DNA of 63,998 nucleotides from Promethearchaeota archaeon (GTDB lineage Archaea; Asgardarchaeota; Lokiarchaeia; Sigyniarchaeales; SOKP01): NCBI GenBank assembly GCA_016840165.1, contig JAEOSU010000031.1, positions 1 to 63,998 of the forward strand, read 5' to 3'. Shown piece by piece: positions 60,178 to 63,998 of this stretch (position 1 is its first letter; each line of letters starts with the position of its first letter). The notes under the pieces were generated by a model. It saw only the letters and a program-made list of their open reading frames with translations, ran no database searches and was not told where the DNA came from. The position numbers and the translations under genes were made by a program.

Positions 60178-61308
60178 TTATTTTACCGCTTTTAACAAAT
60201 AATATGTGATATAGGTACAATTTTTATCGCGTTGAGTTTTAAAATTTACATATCTAAATTGAAATATACATAATGGACACGATGATATGATCTCCTGTGT
60301 TGCAGAATCTTCAAAGAGTTTAGAGCCAATTTTTATTGCAATACTACTGTCCACCCCTCGTATTCCTGATCCAGATCCACAACAAGGAGCAATATTATCT
60401 TCATTATCTAAAGTGTTTACTGTTTTACAAACCTTTTTGAGTAAATCTCGTGGTTCATCATAAATTTTAATTTGATTTAGCTTTCTTCCCACTCGGCAAG
60501 GGTCATGATAAGTTATCGTATCGCCTAGATTCGTAAAAGACAATTTTCCCTCTTTTTCTAAATCTGAGATTATTTGAACGATATGTTTTACTTCAATATC
60601 CCATTCCGGTATGTATTTTGGGTACACATTCTGGAACGCATAAACACATCCTCCACAAGTAGCGATAATTGTTTTAATTCCAATCTTTTTAAAGTAATTG
60701 AAATTTTCTCGAAAGATCTTCTTTGATTTTTGGAGATCTCCCGCGGAATAAACATATTCTCCGCAACAAGGCTCTTCTTTTATAATTTTAAACGGATAAT
60801 TGGCTTTTTTTAATAGCTCGTAAGATGCTGATGCACTTTCCTTAACTCGAAAAGAAGACATGCATCCTAAAAAGAGAAGTGTGTCTGATTCATTATCTTC
60901 AAAATGTTCCTTAATTTTATATCCTTCAGGTAACCAATCCAATCTATCATCCGGATTCCCATTTACGCTATTATCCTTTTCAACAATACCTTTAATGATC
61001 TTATTATGAATCTCTAATGGTGCTTTTTTCTGATCCACCAGCTTAATTTTGGAAGAATGGATAACTTCAGAAATAGGGATATCTGATTGACAATAATCAT
61101 CGCAAATTGCGCATAAAGTACAAGTATAGAGACCTATCCGTTCTTTTTCACTAATCTCATCTCCAGAGTATATCTTGTTAGCTATTTGGAGCCTTCCTTC
61201 TGGGGATTTTAGACTGTCTTGTGTCACTTCATAGGTATCACAATGTTCTAAACAAATCTTACAATGTGTACACGATTGGATATATTCGAAGATTTGAGTC
61301 TCATCCAT
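60178..61308 (-). CDS. HdrD/GlpC-like Fe-S oxidoreductase (ferredoxin motifs + CCG domains)
   Basis: CTHCKIC, CTLCAIC, PCCG, YHDPC, CCGSG, SCPLC. Confidence 0.9.
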   Translation of the reverse strand: MDETQIFEYIQSCTHCKICLEHCDTYEVTQDSLKSPEGRLQIANKIYSGDEISEKERIGLYTCTLCAICDDYCQSDIPISEVIHSSKIKLVDQKKAPLEIHNKIIKGIVEKDNSVNGNPDDRLDWLPEGYKIKEHFEDNESDTLLFLGCMSSFRVKESASASYELLKKANYPFKIIKEEPCCGEYVYSAGDLQKSKKIFRENFNYFKKIGIKTIIATCGGCVYAFQNVYPKYIPEWDIEVKHIVQIISDLEKEGKLSFTNLGDTITYHDPCRVGRKLNQIKIYDEPRDLLKKVCKTVNTLDNEDNIAPCCGSGSGIRGVDSSIAIKIGSKLFEDSATQEIISSCPLCIFQFRYVNFKTQRDKNCTYITYYLLKAVK

Positions 61309-61412
61309 ATCAGATCATTGTTAGAAATATTATATAATTTATCAATACTACTCATTTAAAATAAATCTGTGATTTATGCAAATTAAAATCGAAATTAATT
61401 CCTTTAGAAACA

Positions 61413-62543
61413 ATGCCTAATAATAAACTAAAAGTAGGAGTTATTGGATGTGGTACTGTTGCTAATATGGGTCATTTGCCTGTATATCATAAATCTCCAC
61501 TTTCTGAAATTGTAGCAGTTTCCGATCCTCTTGAATCTCATCTTAAACAAGCCCAAGAGCAATATAATATTTCAAAGATATATACAAATTCAGACGAGTT
61601 GCTAGATGATCCAAATATAGAAGCGGTAAGTATATGTTCTCCACACTGGGCTCATGCAGAGCAAGCAATAAGAGCCGCTGAGAATGGAAAACATATATTG
61701 TGTGAGAAACCTATTGCTACAAATCTAGAAGATGTTGATAAAATGATTGCTGCAGTTGAGAGGAATGCTGTAATTTTCCAAACCGCAACTCAAAAAAGGT
61801 TTGATTTAGGATTCCAATATATTAAAGAGAAAATCGAAGAAAATGATATTGGTAATATTTTTCATGCATCTGTTGATTGGTACCATTCAATGTCTGATTT
61901 TGCTCAAGATACTAAAAGAGATGTGGTAAAATGGCGACTCACAAATGAGAGATGTGGGGGTGGTGATCTTTTAGATCATGGACCTCATTATTTTGATTTA
62001 TTCCGTTGGTGGTTTGGGGATGTGAAGACTGTGAGTGCTCAGATACGAAGAGTATATAAAAATAGAGCCAATGAGGACCATAGTACTGTTCTTTTATCTT
62101 TTAAGGATTGTGAAACAATTGCGGTATTTCAGCGTTCTGAAGCAGTTTTAGGGGACTTTACTGGAGAGGAACAAGGAAAAATTCATGGAACAAAAGGAAC
62201 ATACATTTTTGATGTACCATATGAATATTTGTTTAAACCACTAACTCTTAAAAAACGATATAAAAAAAGTAAAATTAGCAAATTCTCAGAAATTGAATTA
62301 AAATTTCCTAAGGATAATTGGAAGCCACCTTACACTCGGGAAATTCATAGTTTTATAAATCAGGTATTAGAACGTAAAAATGATGTGGTAGAATTTCCTA
62401 TTGAGTATATCCCAACTATATATGATGGCAAAGCAGCTTTAGAAATTGTTTTAGCAGCCTATGAATCTTACCGTACACAAAGTACAATTCACTTGCCACT
62501 AAAACATTATACCCCTCTTGAATGGAAAACAATAAACAATTAA
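61413..62543 (+). CDS. Gfo/Idh/MocA-family oxidoreductase
   Basis: VIGCG, CEKP, GGDLLDHGPH. Confidence 0.92.
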   Translation: MPNNKLKVGVIGCGTVANMGHLPVYHKSPLSEIVAVSDPLESHLKQAQEQYNISKIYTNSDELLDDPNIEAVSICSPHWAHAEQAIRAAENGKHILCEKPIATNLEDVDKMIAAVERNAVIFQTATQKRFDLGFQYIKEKIEENDIGNIFHASVDWYHSMSDFAQDTKRDVVKWRLTNERCGGGDLLDHGPHYFDLFRWWFGDVKTVSAQIRRVYKNRANEDHSTVLLSFKDCETIAVFQRSEAVLGDFTGEEQGKIHGTKGTYIFDVPYEYLFKPLTLKKRYKKSKISKFSEIELKFPKDNWKPPYTREIHSFINQVLERKNDVVEFPIEYIPTIYDGKAALEIVLAAYESYRTQSTIHLPLKHYTPLEWKTINN

Positions 62544-62558
62544 AGCTTTAATTTTCAT

Positions 62559-63326
62559 TTACAAAACATCATCAATAGAAAGATTATATAATTTATCTAG
62601 CCTCCTATATCCTATTATCTCATCTCTTAAAAATATTTGAAAAGGTAATTTTGAGTTTCTATAAGGTTTAAGCAACTCTAAAAGTACTCCATGTTCTGGT
62701 TTGTAAAAGAGATCTTTGTACTCTACACCTACTCCATCAGAATATTGATATTGCTGTAATACAAAATTTCCTCGAAATTTCTCTTTTTTAAGATAAGATA
62801 TAATTTTGCGGATATCTGAAGGGATCATAAGAGGTTCTACATAGGTGGTTCTTATTTCGAAATCGATATCTAAATACTCGTTAATAAGTTTAAAACTTTC
62901 TTTTATTCGTTCAGGATTTAACTCTTGATTACAAATTTGCTGTAATCGCTTTTTAATGAGTGGTGCTTTAATATCTAATGCGATTCTATCCACATATTCA
63001 ATTAACTTTTTTAGGACTTTTGGATTTGTACCATTAGAATCCACACTCACATATTTACCTATCTCTTTAATTTCTTTACATAATTCAATAAGATCCTCTT
63101 GAAGGGTCGGTTCTCCTCCCGTAATACTAATACCATTCACTAATAAATTACTTTTTACTTGATCTACGATCTGATTTACATCTAAGTGCTTGCCAACAGA
63201 TTCGTGAAGAAGATATTTATTATGACAAAAATCGCATCTTAAATTACAACCAACCGTAAATATAACCATCGAGGGTATATTTGGGATATCTTTTGTAGAA
63301 ATATCTATAATACCACCAACGTGCAT
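62559..63326 (-). CDS. Radical SAM glycyl-radical activating enzyme family (NrdG/PflA-like)
   Basis: GCNLRCDFCHN, ITGGEPT, DSNG, EIRTT. Confidence 0.87.
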   Translation of the reverse strand: MHVGGIIDISTKDIPNIPSMVIFTVGCNLRCDFCHNKYLLHESVGKHLDVNQIVDQVKSNLLVNGISITGGEPTLQEDLIELCKEIKEIGKYVSVDSNGTNPKVLKKLIEYVDRIALDIKAPLIKKRLQQICNQELNPERIKESFKLINEYLDIDFEIRTTYVEPLMIPSDIRKIISYLKKEKFRGNFVLQQYQYSDGVGVEYKDLFYKPEHGVLLELLKPYRNSKLPFQIFLRDEIIGYRRLDKLYNLSIDDVL

Positions 63327-63476
63327 TATTTTTAAACTATTTCTATGGTTAATTAGTTTTTCGAGTCAAAAAGTTTTTCTAAAAGAAAAAAAACTTAAAA
63401 AGAAATTTGAATAAAAATACTTTAATTACAAATTCAATAAAAAATAAGGGAGGAATAAATAAAATTAGTTAATAAA

Positions 63477-63677
63477 TTATTCAAATGTATATAATGAATC
63501 AATTTTTGAAGGCTTTATAAAACTTTCAATTATTTTTTCTTTAATCTCACATAAATCCTTTGATTTAACACAGTTCCATCCATACGCTTTTCTATCATCA
63601 TTATAAACAACCCCACAGTGAATATGATGATATGACCCATATGAATATTCTTTACCACATTTTGAACAGATAGGCAT
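63477..63677 (-). CDS. Small putative zinc-binding protein
   Basis: CSKC...HHIHC...C...C; GGTGA upstream. Confidence 0.5.
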   Translation of the reverse strand: MPICSKCGKEYSYGSYHHIHCGVVYNDDRKAYGWNCVKSKDLCEIKEKIIESFIKPSKIDSLYTFE

Positions 63678-63998
63678 TTTTTTTTTCTCATCACCAATTT
63701 TGTTTAATTCTTATTTTTTTTTATTCTTAATAATAATATCATTTTCCTACTTTTAAACCTTCCCATTCTTTTCCCAAAACTATATATAATATATATGAAA
63801 ACCGTAATTCGACAAAAATTGAATTCTAAAAATCTAATTTGAACAAAGTTCATATAAAAGAAAAGATCATAATAATTTTGTTTAATTTTAGATCTATCAC
63901 ATATCTGATTACTGAAAATGCTTCATTAATTTAAAAAAGGCTCTAATCAATAGTTTCTATAATTCCATTCACAAAGCTCTTAATAAATCTATTAGTTG

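Overview
AT-rich archaeal window with no rRNA, tRNA, CRISPR array or transposase that I can see. The gene content (Rab-like GTPase, longin-like, AN1-ZnF-LRR, WD40, PCI-like and TIR proteins next to fwd and corrinoid genes) points to an Asgard archaeon, probably Lokiarchaeia; this is inference. There are about 50 CDS. Left: a 2169-aa surface protein bracketed by a 59-bp direct repeat, plus secreted hydrolases. Middle: anaerobic metabolism (MtaA-like plus corrinoid protein, a divergent fwdG-B-D-A cluster, NifX/MinD-ferredoxin/Mrp metallocluster genes, a glycyl radical enzyme, crotonases). Best candidate for a new system is 51.7-59.9 kb: a CorA-like two-helix membrane protein fused to an ADP-ribose-type Nudix domain, flanked by a membrane TIR protein and a 21-WD40-repeat TIR protein. 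A third paralogous TIR is fused to a Rab-like GTPase. These proteins share modules (coat-appendage-like, RST-like, helical hairpin) with a 1043-aa PCI-like protein. A palindrome TGAAT-N4-ATTCA precedes three redox/metallocluster transcription units. All family calls come from motifs read by eye; no database search was run.
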